The notes under the pieces are model-generated. The model ran no database searches. It saw only the letters and a list, made by a program, of their open reading frames with translations, and was not told the origin of the DNA. A stretch of 64,000 bases of DNA from Centroscyllium fabricii (taxonomy: Eukaryota): the NCBI GenBank assembly GCA_051313645.2, contig JBNRSN020000026.1:32922001-32986000 (forward strand), given 5' to 3'. A program made the translations under genes and the position numbers. How positions within the stretch are numbered: position 1 is the first letter of the stretch; each line of letters begins with the position of its first letter. Shown here piece after piece: positions 22,361 through 36,133 of this stretch.

Positions 22361-24673
22361 ATTACGAAGATGTGGTTGCAAAGTGGCCAAGGATTGGAAC
22401 TAAATATTTCAGGATACTTAATTAAATAAAATTTTTTTTTTTTTAAAGAAGCGATAGGCAAAATGGAAAAGGAGGAAGGGCAGTCATGATAATAAAGGAT
22501 GGGATAGAAACAGTAGAGAGAAAGGATCTTCGTAGAATCAGTTTGGGTGGAGCTAAGAAACAGCAAGGGGCAGAAAACATTAGTGGGAGTTGTTTATAGG
22601 GCCCCAAACAGTAGTTGTAATGTAGGGCAGAGTATAAATCAGGAAATTAGAGGCACATGTAACAAGGGTAATACAGTGATCACAGGGGACATTAATCTTC
22701 ATATAGACTGGGCAAACCAAATTTGCAGTAACAGTGTGGAGGACAAATTTGTGGAATGTATACAAGATCAGTATGTTGAGGAACTAACGAGGGAACAGGC
22801 TATTTTAGATCTAGTATTGCGCAATGAGAAAGGGTTAATTAATAACCTTGTCGTCAAGGGGTCTTTCGGGAAGCGTGACCATTATATGATAGAATTTTAT
22901 ATTGAATTTGAAAGTAATTTAGTTAAATTCGAAACTAGGGTCTATAATCTAAACAAAGCAAACTATGTCGGTATGAGGGGCGAGTCGGCTGAGGTAGATT
23001 GGAAAACTACATTAAAAGGTATGATAGACAAGCAATGGCTAGCATTTAAAGAATTAATACATAATTTACAACAAATATACATTCCTTTAAGGCACAAAAA
23101 CCCCACAGGAAAAGTGGTCCAACCTTGGCTAACAAGAGAAGTTAAAGATAGTGTTAGATCAAAGGAAGAGGCTTATAATGTTGACAAAAAGAGTAGTAAA
23201 CCCGAGGATTGGGAGGATTTTAGAATTCAGCAAAGGAGGAAGAAGAAATTGATAAAGGGAAAATAGAATGAGAGTAAACTAGCGAGAGACATATAAACAG
23301 ACTGTAAAAGCTTCTATAAGTTATGTAAAAAGGAAAAGATTAGCGAAAGTAAACAGGCGGTCAATGGACAGAGTTTACTTCAAACACTTTCAAACTGCAT
23401 ACAGCTCAAAAATGTCTTCCAAGACCTGAAGGCTCAAGCTTCTGACATTGGAAAGTGGACAGCTGTGAAATGGGAGCTTTCATACCACTTTTGCAGCTGT
23501 CAACTATTCACAGCAATGGGAAAACAGAGAACCCGACCTACTTGCCTGACGTGATCTCCGAACGACGTGAACCCCGTTAAAAAAAATGGAAAAAGGCTGG
23601 CAAAATAGTAGTTAACAAGTTTTTAACTATCTTAAATGCCTCCCACGTCGCTCGGTGTCGGGTGTGTTCTGAATTCGCAGATGCGACACTTTGGAAACTT
23701 GCATGGAGGCGGGTTCGGAGCGGGTTCCCAACCCGGTCAATCATTTTGATTTTGACAGCAGGCCCGCCTCCGAACCTGCCCTCTGAGCCTGAGTGCCGGT
23801 AAAATCGCGGCCTTCAAGTCTGTCTTTTCGGAAGAAGATACAAAAAATTTCCCAGAAATAATGGAGAATCAAGGGTCTAGCGAGAATGAGGAACTGAAAG
23901 AAATCAGTATTAGTAAAAAAAAAGTACTGGAGAAATTAGTGGGACTAAGCCGATAAATCCCCATGACCCGATGTCCTACATCCTAGGGTTTTAAAAGAGA
24001 CAGCTATAGAGATAGTGGATGCATTGGTTGTCAGGTTCCAAAATTCCATAGATTCTATAACAGTTCCCGTGGATTGGAAGGTGGCAAATGTAACTCCACT
24101 ATTTAAGAAAGGAGGGAGAGAGAACACGGGGAACACAGACTAGTTAGTCTGACATTAGTAGTAGGGAAAATGCTAGAATATATTATTAAGGATGTGGTAA
24201 CAGGGCACTTAGAAAATAATAATAGGATTGGGCAGAGTCAACACGGATTTATAAAAGGGAAATCGTATTTGACAAATCTGATGAGTTTTTTGAGGTTATA
24301 ACTCGTAGAATAGATAAGGGGGAACCAGTGGATATGGTGTATTGGGATTTTCAGAAGGCATTCGATAAGGTGCCACACAAGAGGTTATTAAACAAAATTA
24401 GAGCTCATGGGATTGGGGGTGATATACTAGCATGGATTGAGGATTGGTATTTGGAGAGAAAACAGCGAGTAGGAATAAACGGGTCATTTTCAGGTTGGCA
24501 GGCTGTAACTAGTGAGGTACCGCAAGACTCGTGCTTGGGCCTCAGCTATTCACAATCTACATCAATGATTTGGATGAGGGGACCAAATGTAATATATCTA
24601 AGTTTGCTGATGATACAAAGCTGGTGGGAATGTAAGTTGTGAGGAGACATGCAGGTTAGGTGAATTGGAGATA

Positions 24674-25119
24674 CAGGTTGAGCACCAGTAATCCGTTACC
24701 CAAAAAACCGGCAGCTTCGAAACGTCCGGCAATAATTCCCCCGACTGCGCCGCGCATGTGCAAAATGGCCACTGCGATTGATGCTTCGGTGACTGATCTG
24801 CGCATGCGCCGCCAAACGGTGAGCGCATACGCAGATCATTCACTGGCCTCTCCGAGCCCAGCCTCTCCGAGCCCCGCCCCGCCTCTCCGAGCCCAGCCTC
24901 TCCGAGCCCAGCCCAGCCTCTCCGCTCCAAGCCCAACCTCGCCGGGCCTCCCCGAACGAACAGCGCATACGCAGACCACTCAAAATGGCCGCCAGCCTTT
25001 CGCGGTGGCCATTTTGAATGGTCTGCGCATGCGCTCACCGACGCTTCAATCGTTCGGCTTTTTCACTTTCCCGGCACGGGCTTGGTCCCGCCCGTGCCGG
25101 ATTAACGGTGCTCAACCTA
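24674..25119. mobile_element. Tigger/pogo-like MITE (type A) inside a SINE inside a LINE
   Basis: TIRs with TA flanks; GCCTCTCCGAGCCCA subrepeats; host SINE ~24645-25310. Confidence 0.87.
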
Positions 25120-26829
25120 TACTAAAAATAAATTGCCCATGAGTATGTGCGTGAGATATAGTTCTTAGAGTTGGGGGTGTCGGGGGATATGGGGAGAGGG
25201 TAGGAGGGAGGTGCTGGGTTTGGATGATCAGCCATGATCTCATTGAATGGCGGAGCAGGCTCGAAGGGCCGAATGGGCCTACTCCTGCTCCTATCTTCTG
25301 TGTGTTTCTGTGGGTGCAAAGAGGCTTCAAGGGGATATAGACAGGCTAAGTGAGTGGACAAGAACATGGCAAATGGGATATAATGTGGAGAAATGTGAAG
25401 CTATCCACTTTGGTAGGAAAATAGAAAAGCAGGGTATTTTTTAAAATGGTGAGAGATTGGGTAATGTTGGTGTTCAGAGGGACCTGGGTCTCCTTGTGCA
25501 CGAATCACTGAAAGTTAACATGCAGTTACAGCAAGCAATTAGGAAAGTGAATGGTATGTTGGCCTGTATTACAAGAGGATTTGAGTATAAGAGTAAAGAT
25601 GTCTTACTGCAATTATATAGGGCCCTGGTGAGATCACACCTGGAGTATTGTGTTCAGTTTTGGTCTCCTCACCTAAGGAAGGATATACTTGCCATAGAGG
25701 GAGTGCAACGAAGGTTCACCAGACTGGTTCCTGGGATGGGGAAATTGTTCTATGAGGAGAGATTGAGTAGATTGGGCCTATACTCTCTAGAGTTCAGAAG
25801 AATGAGAGGTGATCTCATTGAAACATACAAAAATCTTACAGGGCTCGACAAGGAGGATGTTTCCCCTGGCTGGGGCGTCTAGAACCAGGGGGTCACAGTC
25901 TCAGAATAAAGGGTCGGCCATTTAGTAATGAGATGAGGAGAAATGTTTTCACTCAAGAGGGTGGAGAATCTTTGTAATTCTCTACTCCAGAGGGTTGTGG
26001 AGGCTCAGTCGTTGAGCATATTTAAGACAGCGATCGAGTGGTGGGCCTGTGGAATTCCTTGCCACAGAGGGCGGTGGAGGCCAGTTCATTAAACATATTC
26101 AAGAGGGAATTGGATATATTTCTTCAAGCTAAAGAGATTAAAGGTTACGGAGAAAAGGCGGGGACAGGGTACTAGCTTGCTAAAGATCAGCCATGATCTC
26201 ATGGAATGGCGGAGCAGGCTCGAAGGGCTGAATGGCCTACTCCTGCTCCTATCTTCTATGATTCTATGATAGATTTTTTCATATTAAGGGAATCAAGAAA
26301 TCTGGTGATAATGTCGGAAAAGTGGAGTTAAGGTAAAAGATCAGCCATGATCTTATTGAATGGCAGAGCAGGCTCGAGGGGGCGAATGGCCGACTCCTCC
26401 TGCTCCTATTTTTTATGTTCTTATGACTGGCAAATATTGAACACATAGACACAAGCCTACATAGCATGTTACTGTACTAACATGTTTATCATACAGCTGC
26501 CTGGCCAGTAATTTAACACTAGACATTGTGCCAAAGAAGTGGTTAAGCTCCACTTCACAATTTTTTTGTACACATTTGATGGACAAAGTATACTTTATTT
26601 ATCAGTGCTCAAAACAGGACAGTTCTCCTTGTAAACAAAGGAAAGCAAGTACTAACACAAGTAATTCTCAAAATAAGCTAAAAAGCTCATGCTCCATACC
26701 GTAATTTCAATTCAAGCTGTCTACATTAGATTAAAAAAACTTATTTATGTGTCAGCTGTGACAATATGCACAAGTAATAACAAAATGCTACAGAAGCCCT
26801 TCTTTACTAGCAAAGCAATTGACACTTAC

Positions 26830-26985
26830 ATAATTGCGGTGTATAATATTTGGAAAACACATCATCTTTGGGTCTGTCTGGATACAAATACAACAAATGA
26901 GTGAGATCGTTGATACGATCTGCCAGAGATCGAATTGAAAAATCTTTGGTTGTGTATGGCATGAGATTCCAAACCATTCTTTCTC
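26830..26985 (-). CDS. stat5: STAT5 SH2 domain exon (C-terminal part)
   Basis: (G)[51 protein letters not shown]; 156 nt; AG/GT. Confidence 0.97.
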
Positions 26986-27211
26986 CTATAAAATATAATT
27001 TTTAAATGTGTGTTAATATCGGAGTTGTTCGTGCTTTAGTAGGAAAACAGAATGTTCACAAAGTAGCAAAGCAGTGCAATTTATAAAAAACACCAACTAC
27101 ACACGATAGATCCCCCCTCCCGGCTTCTCCAGTCCTGAAGAAAGTTCATCGACCTGAAACGTTAACTCTGTTTCTCTCTCCACCGATGCTGCGGAGTTTC
27201 TCCAGCATTTT

Positions 27212-28312
27212 ACATAAGAACATAAGAAATAGGAGCAGGAGTAGGCCAATCGGCCCCTCGAGCCTGCTCCGCCATTCAATAAGATCATGGCTGATCTGAT
27301 CCTAATCACCAATCTACTATCACAGAACCATCTCCTTAATCTAACAGAATTAGACACACGAAATAGGATCAGGCTACACGGTCCCTGGGCCTGCTCCACT
27401 ACCCACAGGGCCATGACCGATCTGAACCTAGACTCATGTCCAAATTCCTGCTCACTCCCCGTAACCCTTAATCCCTTTTACTTCTCGGAAGCTGTCTATT
27501 TCGGTTTTAAATTTATGTAATGATGTAGCTTTTACAGATTTTTTGGGCAGCATGTTCCATGGACCTACTACCCTCTGAGTGAAGTAGATTCTCCTCATCT
27601 CAGTTTTGAAAGAGCAGCCCCTTATTCTAAGATTATGCCCCCTAGTTCTAGTTTCACCCATCATTGGGAATATCCTCCCTGCGTCCACCCGATCCAACCC
27701 CTTCACAATCTTATATGTTTCAATAAGATCGCCCCTCATTCTTCTGAACGCCAATGAATAGAGTCCCAATCTACTTAACCTCTCCTCATATGTCCAACCC
27801 TTCATCCCTGGGATTAACCGAGTGAACCCTCTTTGTACCAACTCGAGAGCGAGTATGTCCTTTCTTAAGTATGGACACCAAAACTGTACACAGTATTCCA
27901 GGTGTGGTCTCACCAATACCTTGTACAACTGAAGCAATACCTCCCTATTTTTATATTCTATCCCCCTAGCAATGAAAGCCAACATTCCATTGGCCTTCTT
28001 AATCACTTGCTGCACCTGCAGACTAACCTTTTGAGTTTCGTGCACCAGGACCCCCAGATCCCTTTGTACTACAGTACTTTCCAGTTTCTTGCCATTAAGA
28101 TAATAACTAGCTCTACGGTTTTTCCTGCCATAGTGCATAACCTCACACTTTCCCGTATTGTATTCCATCTGCCAAATCACTGCCCACTTACTTAGCCTGT
28201 CTATGTCCCCTTGCAGGTTTTTTATGTCCTCCTCCCTCACTACTTTCCCTCCCATCTTAGTATCATCTGCAAACTTTGATGTGTTACACTCAGTCCCCTC
28301 CTCCAAATCGTT
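27212..28312 (-). mobile_element. CR1 LINE 3' fragment
   Basis: Open frame 27452-28330 with SKFADDTK...LEYCVQFW...; 3' tail. Confidence 0.92.
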
Positions 28313-28710
28313 GTTATTTCGTATATTCAAACAAAGTCTTTTTGTTTTAATGTTTCAAGTGTTAGACACAAACAGCAGTTCGTTAAAAGCTATTACAGTA
28401 CTTGTTATAAATCTCATCATGAAGAAACGGCATAACACTGGACGGCCACCTGGTAGCGCCATCCAAGGAGTATAAATACACGGCGTGGGCCCAACTTGCC
28501 CAGGGACATTTTGTAAACAGCAACTAGTGAAGGACGACTAGACCTCCATGTTTTGAAATAAGTTGATTAAAGCCTTGCTTTGTACTCAAACCAAGTGCGT
28601 AGTGAGTTTTCTTACCTCAGTACTCATGAGCTTTCATAGTAAGGATTATTCAACAGATTACAATACATCAGGCAATTTTTTTTCTTAAATACATTATCTT
28701 TGCACAATGA

Positions 28711-28731
28711 TATATATATATATATATATAT
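28711..28731. repeat. (TA)n microsatellite
   Basis: tatatatatatatatatata. Confidence 0.9.
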
Positions 28732-28845
28732 TATAGTAGTTAAGGGATTTTAACATTTAATCACAGATGGTTTAAAAAGATTAATTCTGCGAAGGTTGCC
28801 ACAAAAATCAGATGTTAGATGTTGGTGCTTTTCTTATGACCACAC

Positions 28846-28988
28846 CTGCTTTGTTGGGATTATCTGCTACCCAAGCTATTGTAATCCCTCCAATCTCAGA
28901 GTCACTGAATCGCAGCAGGAAGGTTCCATTCGGCTTGGAAAGCAGCATGTCCTGTGCCTGCTGCTTGTTTACAAAGCCCAGAATTGCC
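28846..28988 (-). CDS. stat5: STAT5 SH2 domain exon (N-terminal part)
   Basis: (G)[47 protein letters not shown]; [10 protein letters not shown]2 signature; 143 nt. Confidence 0.97.
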
Positions 28989-29708
28989 CTGTTTGAAGCA
29001 CAGATATGAACATATTGAAATTACTTAAGTTTTAGTACTATACATTTCAAATAAAATGATGTGTTGCAAAAAATAGTATCTAAATACTTCTCTGCTCCTT
29101 TCGCTACCAATTGGTTCCCTCTACGCTTCTATTCCCGACAGCATTGATTCCTACATGAGTATGGGTCCACGAGTGCCCTTTTACCCTCTGGTACCTTGCC
29201 CAAGTTAGCCATTCGTCATGCGAGTTCAGATAGCCAACGCTCGGAAGCAATTCGATCTCACGTCCTCATAGCCGAGACGGATTGTGCCCTCACTTAATAT
29301 CCCCACATGCACCCTGTGCAGCAGGGGTCAATGATGGCGAATTGGAATGGGAACTCAGGTCAATTTTCCGCTCTCCAGAAGTCGAGACTAACTCCAGTGC
29401 CCTGAGTGGCCCGATTGAGATCAGCTAATTCAACAGAAAAAGGAGACTGAACTGGGGAATTTTGGGCTGTAAAGTAAGCTGCACATTGCCCTAACTGGCT
29501 GCGCCCTTTAGGAGGGCTGTTTTCTACTTGCTGCTTGAAGTCATCTGATATAAATAATGTCTTTTACAAAATTACTAGAGATTGATTTGCCCCCCTCTGA
29601 ATTGTTTGCACCATATTTAAATGTAGTAACATGTAGATGTGGCAAAGAGACAGACATATCTGCACCATACAGCTTTACAGACAATGACAGCAGAGAGCAT
29701 TACATTAC

Positions 29709-29803
29709 CCATCATTCCAATGAGGCTTTAGATGCTTTTTTGTCAGCTCCATGACGCCGTCAAACCACTGCCAGAACGTGAAATTCCGGCCTGGCAAACT
29801 TTC
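29709..29803 (-). CDS. stat5: STAT5 linker domain exon
   Basis: [31 protein letters not shown](G); 95 nt; AG/GT. Confidence 0.97.
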
Positions 29804-30022
29804 CTTTAAGAAAAGAAAATTCCAAATACTGCATGTACCAATGTGACAAAACAGCTGTGTGAATATACATAGGAAATTCAATATAAATTAACAAGGTTTT
29901 TTCAGCAGCATCCTGTTCATCTTTATATTAAGCTCATTCCTCTATCTTCAAAAAGAAATGAGCAGTCTGTGGGCAATTTCTAGCGTAATTAACAGCATAT
30001 GCAAAATAAAATCTAACCATAA

Positions 30023-30331
30023 ATGGTGGCATAGTGGTTAGCACTGTTGCCTCACAGCGCTAGGGGCCCGGGTTCAAATTCAGCCTCGGGTACTATCTGT
30101 GTGGAGTTTGCACATTCTCCCCGTGTCTGCGTGGGTTTCCTCCGGGTGCTCCGGTTTCCTCCCACAGTCCAAAGATGTGCGGGTTAGGTTGATTGGCCAG
30201 GATAAATTGACCTTTAGTGTTAGGGGGATTGAATATGTGGGGTTACAGGGATAGGGTGAGATATGTGTCGGTGCAGGCTCGATGGGCCGAAATGGCCTCT
30301 ATCTGCACTGTAGGCATTTTATGATTCTATG
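30023..30331 (+). mobile_element. HE1-type V-SINE (short-tail variant)
   Basis: tRNA head, V-core, tail ...atgattctatga. Confidence 0.87.
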
Positions 30332-30819
30332 AAATGGCCATTTGCTTCACTTTTAATTAGTCTCAAGTTTACCAATCTTTCTCAAAAGCCATTCAACAGA
30401 CATTTAAGAATGCATGCATCAAAGTAACACAGATATTGAGTGTTCTCAACAGATTTTTATATATTTGTTTACAGGCATCAAGAATCATGGAAGAATACTA
30501 ATAGATCTCAAATGTCCACATTTCTCAGTCAGCCAGCATTTTCAGGATAGCGTCCATACTAATGGAGAGAACGCAGCACCCCTCCTTGCTCCTACTTCCT
30601 GTTTCTGCAACTGCACGGGATTAAACTTGGCTGATTAGTGAGCAAGAATGCTCACAAGAACAAGAACTTCTGCCCATAGCACGCGGTGACATCTGAACCC
30701 TTGCAGAAGTAGGTAGAAGCAAGTAGCAGCAGGACATTGGGTGTGGGTTGTGGTGGAAGATTGCTAACAAGAACTAGGCAAGGTGGGTTTTTAATAGTGC
30801 CAGTATGGAATGAAGAAAG

Positions 30820-31272
30820 ACTAGCATTTATATAGCGCCTTTCACTACCTTAGGACTTCCCAAAGCGCTTTACTGCCAATTAGGTACTTTTTGAAGTGTA
30901 ATCACTGCTGTAATGTCGGGAAAGCAGCAGCCAATTTGCACACAGCAAGCTTCCACAAGCAGCAATGTGATAATGACCAGATAATCTGTTTTAGCGATGT
31001 TGATTAAAGGCTAGTATTGGCCAAGAGACCAGGGATAACTCCCCTGCTCATCTTCGAAATAGTGCTGTGGGATCTTTTACGCCCACTTGAGAAAGCAAAC
31101 AGGGCCTCGAGTTAACATCTCATCCGAAAGACGGTACCGATGACAGTGCAGCCCTCCCTCTGTACTGTACCGGACGGTCAGCCTAAATTTTTGTGCTCCT
31201 CTGGAGTGGGACTTGAACCCACAGCCTTTTGATTCTGATGCGAGAGTACTACTAACTGAGCCAAGGCTGACA
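30820..31272 (-). mobile_element. Deu-SINE (SacSINE1-like)
   Basis: tRNA-like head (ttggctcagtt..., gggttcaagtccc); central gcttgctgtgtgcaaattggctgc core; tail gaaaaggcgctatataaatgc. Confidence 0.75.
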
Positions 31273-31531
31273 CTCCAAAGGAACATGAAATGAGTTGAGG
31301 TGGGGTGTAAATTACTATCTTGAAATTGGTGGGGGAGGTGGGGTTGAGGGGGGGGGAGATGATGCGTGTCAGCATGAAATGGTAAGATTGAGGGCTGGGT
31401 GGTAAAGAGAAGACATAAACCTGGGATGGTCAGGAAGAGTGCCTGCAAACACTTGGGTGGGGGTGGGGGAAAGATACATGGAAAGGCACAATGAACTGAG
31501 GATGGGGCAGGGTGGGGGAAGAGAGTGTGTC

Positions 31532-31922
31532 ACATAGAAACTAGGAGCAGGAGTAGGCCATTCGGCCCTTCGAGCCTGCTCCGCCATTCAATGAGATCAT
31601 GGCTGATCATCCAAACCCAGTACCCTGTCACTGCCTTGCCCCCATATCCCTCGATCCCTATCGAGCCTGCACCGACACATATCCCACCCTATCCCCGTAA
31701 CCCCACATATTCAATCCCCCCAACACTAAGGGTCAATTTATCCTGGCCAATCAACCTAACTCCGCACATCTTTGGACTGTGGGAGGAAACCGGAGCACCC
31801 GGAGGAAGCCCACGCAGACACGGGGAGAATGTGCAAACTCCACACAGATGGTACCCGAGGCCGGATTTGAACCCGGGTCTCTAGTGTTGTAAGACAACAG
31901 TGCAAACCACTGTGCCACCGTG
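31532..31922 (-). mobile_element. HE1-type V-SINE
   Basis: Reverse complement of the 8885-9285 pattern. Confidence 0.88.
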
Positions 31923-32453
31923 TCACCTTGAACTCAGGTGGAAGGAACAAAAAGTATGACCTTGAACTGGGGGTGGGGGGAAGAGATGATCAGGAAATCA
32001 GCCACTGTGACAATAGAGGAAGGTGAATAGAGAAGAGTACCAGCATTAACTGAGAGATTGGGGAGAAGAGTGCCCATGTCAAATTGAGAAAGGAGAGGGT
32101 TAAAGTGATCGTCACTGCAACAACTGCATAACCATCTTCAGAATCAAGAGTTAACAACATACACAGTACCAATAAATATCCACAATTTCTCAGCAAGGAA
32201 GGAGTGAATGGCACTGCAATTTATGCCATAATTTTCTACTTAGAACTGTTGAAATGTTGAGTACAAGTGTAGCTTAAATACTTACAAACCTACTACACTT
32301 TTGGTATAACTACAGTTAATTGGCCTATATCAAGGCTGGTTTTCAATTGGCAATTTTTCTGGAGCTGTAAGTCAGCTTTTGCAAGTCTTTTGGGTTGGCA
32401 GGTACAGTTGCAAAACAGTTAATCCCCATTTAGATGCTAAAATAGTTTCTTAC

Positions 32454-32660
32454 CCTATTAAATTGGGACCAGGAGATGGTCATATTACTGTAATCATCTG
32501 TATGCGTGGCCGAACTGCTGAATGCTTTCTGAGCCAGAAAAACGAGATTTTCTTCTGACAATCCTCTGTTGCTCTGAACCTCCGCTTTGAACTTCATGTT
32601 GAGAGCCTCACACAACTGTGGCCAGAGTACTTTGTCGGGGACTACAAAGGGCACTCTACC
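32454..32660 (-). CDS. stat5: STAT5 linker domain exon
   Basis: [47 protein letters not shown]...SWSQFNR; 207 nt; AG/GT. Confidence 0.97.
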
Positions 32661-33088
32661 CTGAAATCACGAACAGAAAACTCGTGTGAACTTCTAAACA
32701 TTTCTACCAATTGATTTTTGTCATTATTATCCAATAAAAAATTCAGGCTATTCAATAGTAAGTAGCAAAAAACCAATAAATATGTATCTAAACAGGTATA
32801 TTTAGAAAAATCAAGCAGTTTCCTAGTTTGCTGACTGAACTTCAGCTAAAGCAGACAGATGAGTACATAAATCTTGAAGGCCTCTGTGGTAAACCAGTGA
32901 GGGGCATGGAAATATAATGCGAGGGGCACAGAATTATGATGCAAGCTGCAACACCTCTTGACTTTATTGTTGCTCCATTCCCAGCTGGTGGAACTGACCA
33001 CCAGGCCAAAATCAGTAACATTTTACTGATTAGGCACAAGTGAATGGCATCTGAAACTGAGATTCAAACTGGCATCTCTCAACCTATG

Positions 33089-33967
33089 GGGGGGATTTTC
33101 AGAGGGCCGTGAGGGTGGGGTTCCGGCGGAGCGGGGGTAAAATCGCAAATCCGGTGGGCGGGAAGCCACCCCGCTGATTTCAGATTTTCCTCGGGCGGGT
33201 TTTGCCGCCCCGAATGTTTCCCGCCGGCCGGGATGCAGATTGAGGTAGTTGAGGGCCCTTAATTGGATGGGTAATCCTATTTTAAGGACCCTCAGCTATT
33301 TTGACCCTCTTCCCACCCAAAACCCACCTGGTGGGAACCCCGCCGTAAAAAAGGTGGTGGGCACCCAGTCGGCTGGGTGTCTGCCACCTTCAAGGCACCC
33401 ACACAGCAGCTTGCTAGCCTCCACCATGCTGGAGGTGCAGCTGCCACTCAAGGGTGGTAAACTTCAGAGCCCCAAAACATAGAAATCACTCACCTTTAAA
33501 TCACTGCTATTCATATAGAGATCGGCATGCTGCGCTGTTTGTGAGCCAAGCTGTCAATCACCCAGGGGATCAGTTTCTGTTTACATTCCTTTGAAACCAC
33601 AAACAAACAGTGAGTGAGTTCAACTGTTTGTTTTGTGGTTTTAGTGTTCCCTTTCATAATGTGACTCACAAAGGCTATGTCAACATGGAAACAAAGGAAC
33701 CACTTGAGCACTGTCAATCAGGCTTAAGGTTTCTTACTACGCAGACTATTCAGGCCTGTCAATCAACAGCCCGCCCCACTCAAACTGAATGAAAAGGGCT
33801 GAGTTCTCGCCCAATAGTGTGTATTGGAAGCCCAGCAGACCGGCGGGGATTTAATTGGCCACTTGAGCCAAAATTATTCGTGCCTCCCAGGTCCTTGGGC
33901 GGGCGGGACAGAAAGCTGACCCACCCAAAACCCGACAGCTTCCCACACCTTTTTAAAAATTCCCCCC
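33089..33967. mobile_element. Harbinger-like non-autonomous element
   Basis: Termini GGGGGGATTTT / AAAATTCCCCCC; 3-bp ATG on both sides. Confidence 0.65.
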
Positions 33968-34207
33968 ATGATACAGTTTGAGGTTAAAGTTGGTAACAAT
34001 ATGCTTTTGAAATAAATGTTCCTTGCGTGTTATTTAAAAGAGGAAATTCTCAGAGCGCCATTTTTGCTCCAATCTTGTAGAATTAAAAAAAACCTGAAGA
34101 CTAATTAAAGTGTTTTAGTAGAAAATGCCAAGTTTCTTACTAACATGGAGATTCTGGAGTGGGACCTACCTTGCCGCTCTGGAGCCATGGATGTCTCAAA
34201 CCAGGAT

Positions 34208-34596
34208 ATAGAAACATAGAAGATAGGAGCAGGAGTAGGCCATTCGGCCCTTCGAGCCTGCTCCGCCATTCAATGAGATCATGGCTGATCATCCAAACCC
34301 AGTACCCTGTCCCTGCCCTCTCCCCATATCCCTCGATCCCTATCGAGTCTGCACCGACACATATCCCACCCTATCCCCGTAACCTCACATATTCAATCCC
34401 CCTAACACTAAGGGTCAATTTATCATGACCAATCAACCTAAACCGCACATCTTTGGACTGTGGGAGGAAACCGGAGCACCCGGAGGAAACCCACGCAGAC
34501 ACGGGGAGAATGTGCAAACTCCACACAGATAGTACCCGAGGCTGGATTTGAACCCGGGTCTCCAGAGCTGTGAGGCAACAGTGCACTATGCCACCG
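34208..34596 (-). mobile_element. HE1-type V-SINE
   Basis: Tail, V-core and tRNA head on the minus strand. Confidence 0.88.
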
Positions 34597-35107
34597 AGCT
34601 GTACACTTGCTTATTGCATGGTGTCCCAAGTAGTACATGGCATGGAATATCCCACATGATCGTTTCCAGTCAGTAGGAAACTGGACATATTTACTAAAAT
34701 ATCAAAAAAGTGCTCAGACTATTATTTTGTTCTATTAAATGGAGGGGGGTTGCTTTGAACACAAGTACCTTTCCTTTAACAAACTTATACAAGCATTTTC
34801 CACAGGAAAAAAAAAACACTCTCAAATTCGCCTTCATTAAATTCAGAAGTTGACTCCACAGATGTTTTTGCAAGTAAAATGCAAGGATTGTGCAGAATTT
34901 TTTAATAGATAAACAGCATTCCCGCAGAATGTTCTGCTTTGATTTTACAAATACTGCCTACATTTAATGTATTTTAAAAAAATTGAGGGAGGTTGGCATA
35001 TATGTACAATCTCACTAATCCACATTCACTATAGCCTTGTTCAAACAGCCTGAAGTACACGGCTTAAATTACCATAAGCTTTCATACAGTTTTAAATTTT
35101 ATATTCA

Positions 35108-35451
<344 letters not shown>

Positions 35452-36133
35452 CTACGAAGAAGGAAAGTTTAATCAAATTCTAAGTGGAGTCAAGATAGTT
35501 TTGATCTTAGGGCTAACATAACACTGTACCAAAATAAATGGAAACATAAACTCAAAACATTTTAGATCAATAAGCAAATACAATAAATGTTCTTATGTTC
35601 AAGACAGCATATTTGGTGAAATTCCATTTTCCAATTAGCAAGAAAATTTGTTTTATGATCAGAAAAATCTCAAAAGAAGAATAGAAAATGTAAATACTCA
35701 AGACAATTAGAAGCAAAGCATTCCTCAGCTCACCTGAAAGCAGCATATTATGATGGGGAGCAGTTCCACAGGTACCAGATCTTTACAATATGGCCAATTT
35801 GTACATCTGAGCTTGACAGCAAGTGTTGCAGGCTATAACAGCCAGGCCAAAACCCGTCCTCACTTTAAGGCCACACAAGCATATTTCTAACTACTATCAA
35901 TGCAATGGGAATCAGGAGTGGAAATCTTCGCTGAGTTTTTCACTTCCTAATGCAGAAATATTGCAGCATACTCATTGCAATCCTGAATGAGACAGATTAC
36001 AGACCATGGATTAAACCTGAAGCTTCCTGCTCCGATGGCATAGTGCTACACTGCACAGTGCACTTACTCATAAAGCTATCTGGGGAGCCACTTTAGAAGC
36101 ATCTTAAGAGTTTTATTATAAACAAAGCTGGGA

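Larger units (their letters stand above)
21660..26425 (+). mobile_element. Long degenerate CR1 LINE ORF2 (endonuclease and RT) with nested SINEs, a MITE and a second 3' tail
   Basis: NAQSI, VGVVYR, GDINL, ILDLVL (endonuclease); DFQKAFDKVPH, KFADDTK (RT); LEYCVQFWSP; 3' tail. Confidence 0.9.

Noticed and set aside
22547-28330. Long ORFs 22547-23266 and 27452-28330 as host genes
   Set aside because: They are CR1 ORF2 endonuclease and RT fragments within decayed LINEs.
29140-29510. Possible ancient SINE-like remnants (also ~35780-36090 and ~62380-62640)
   Set aside because: Faint mutual resemblance only; I could not define boundaries or family by eye.
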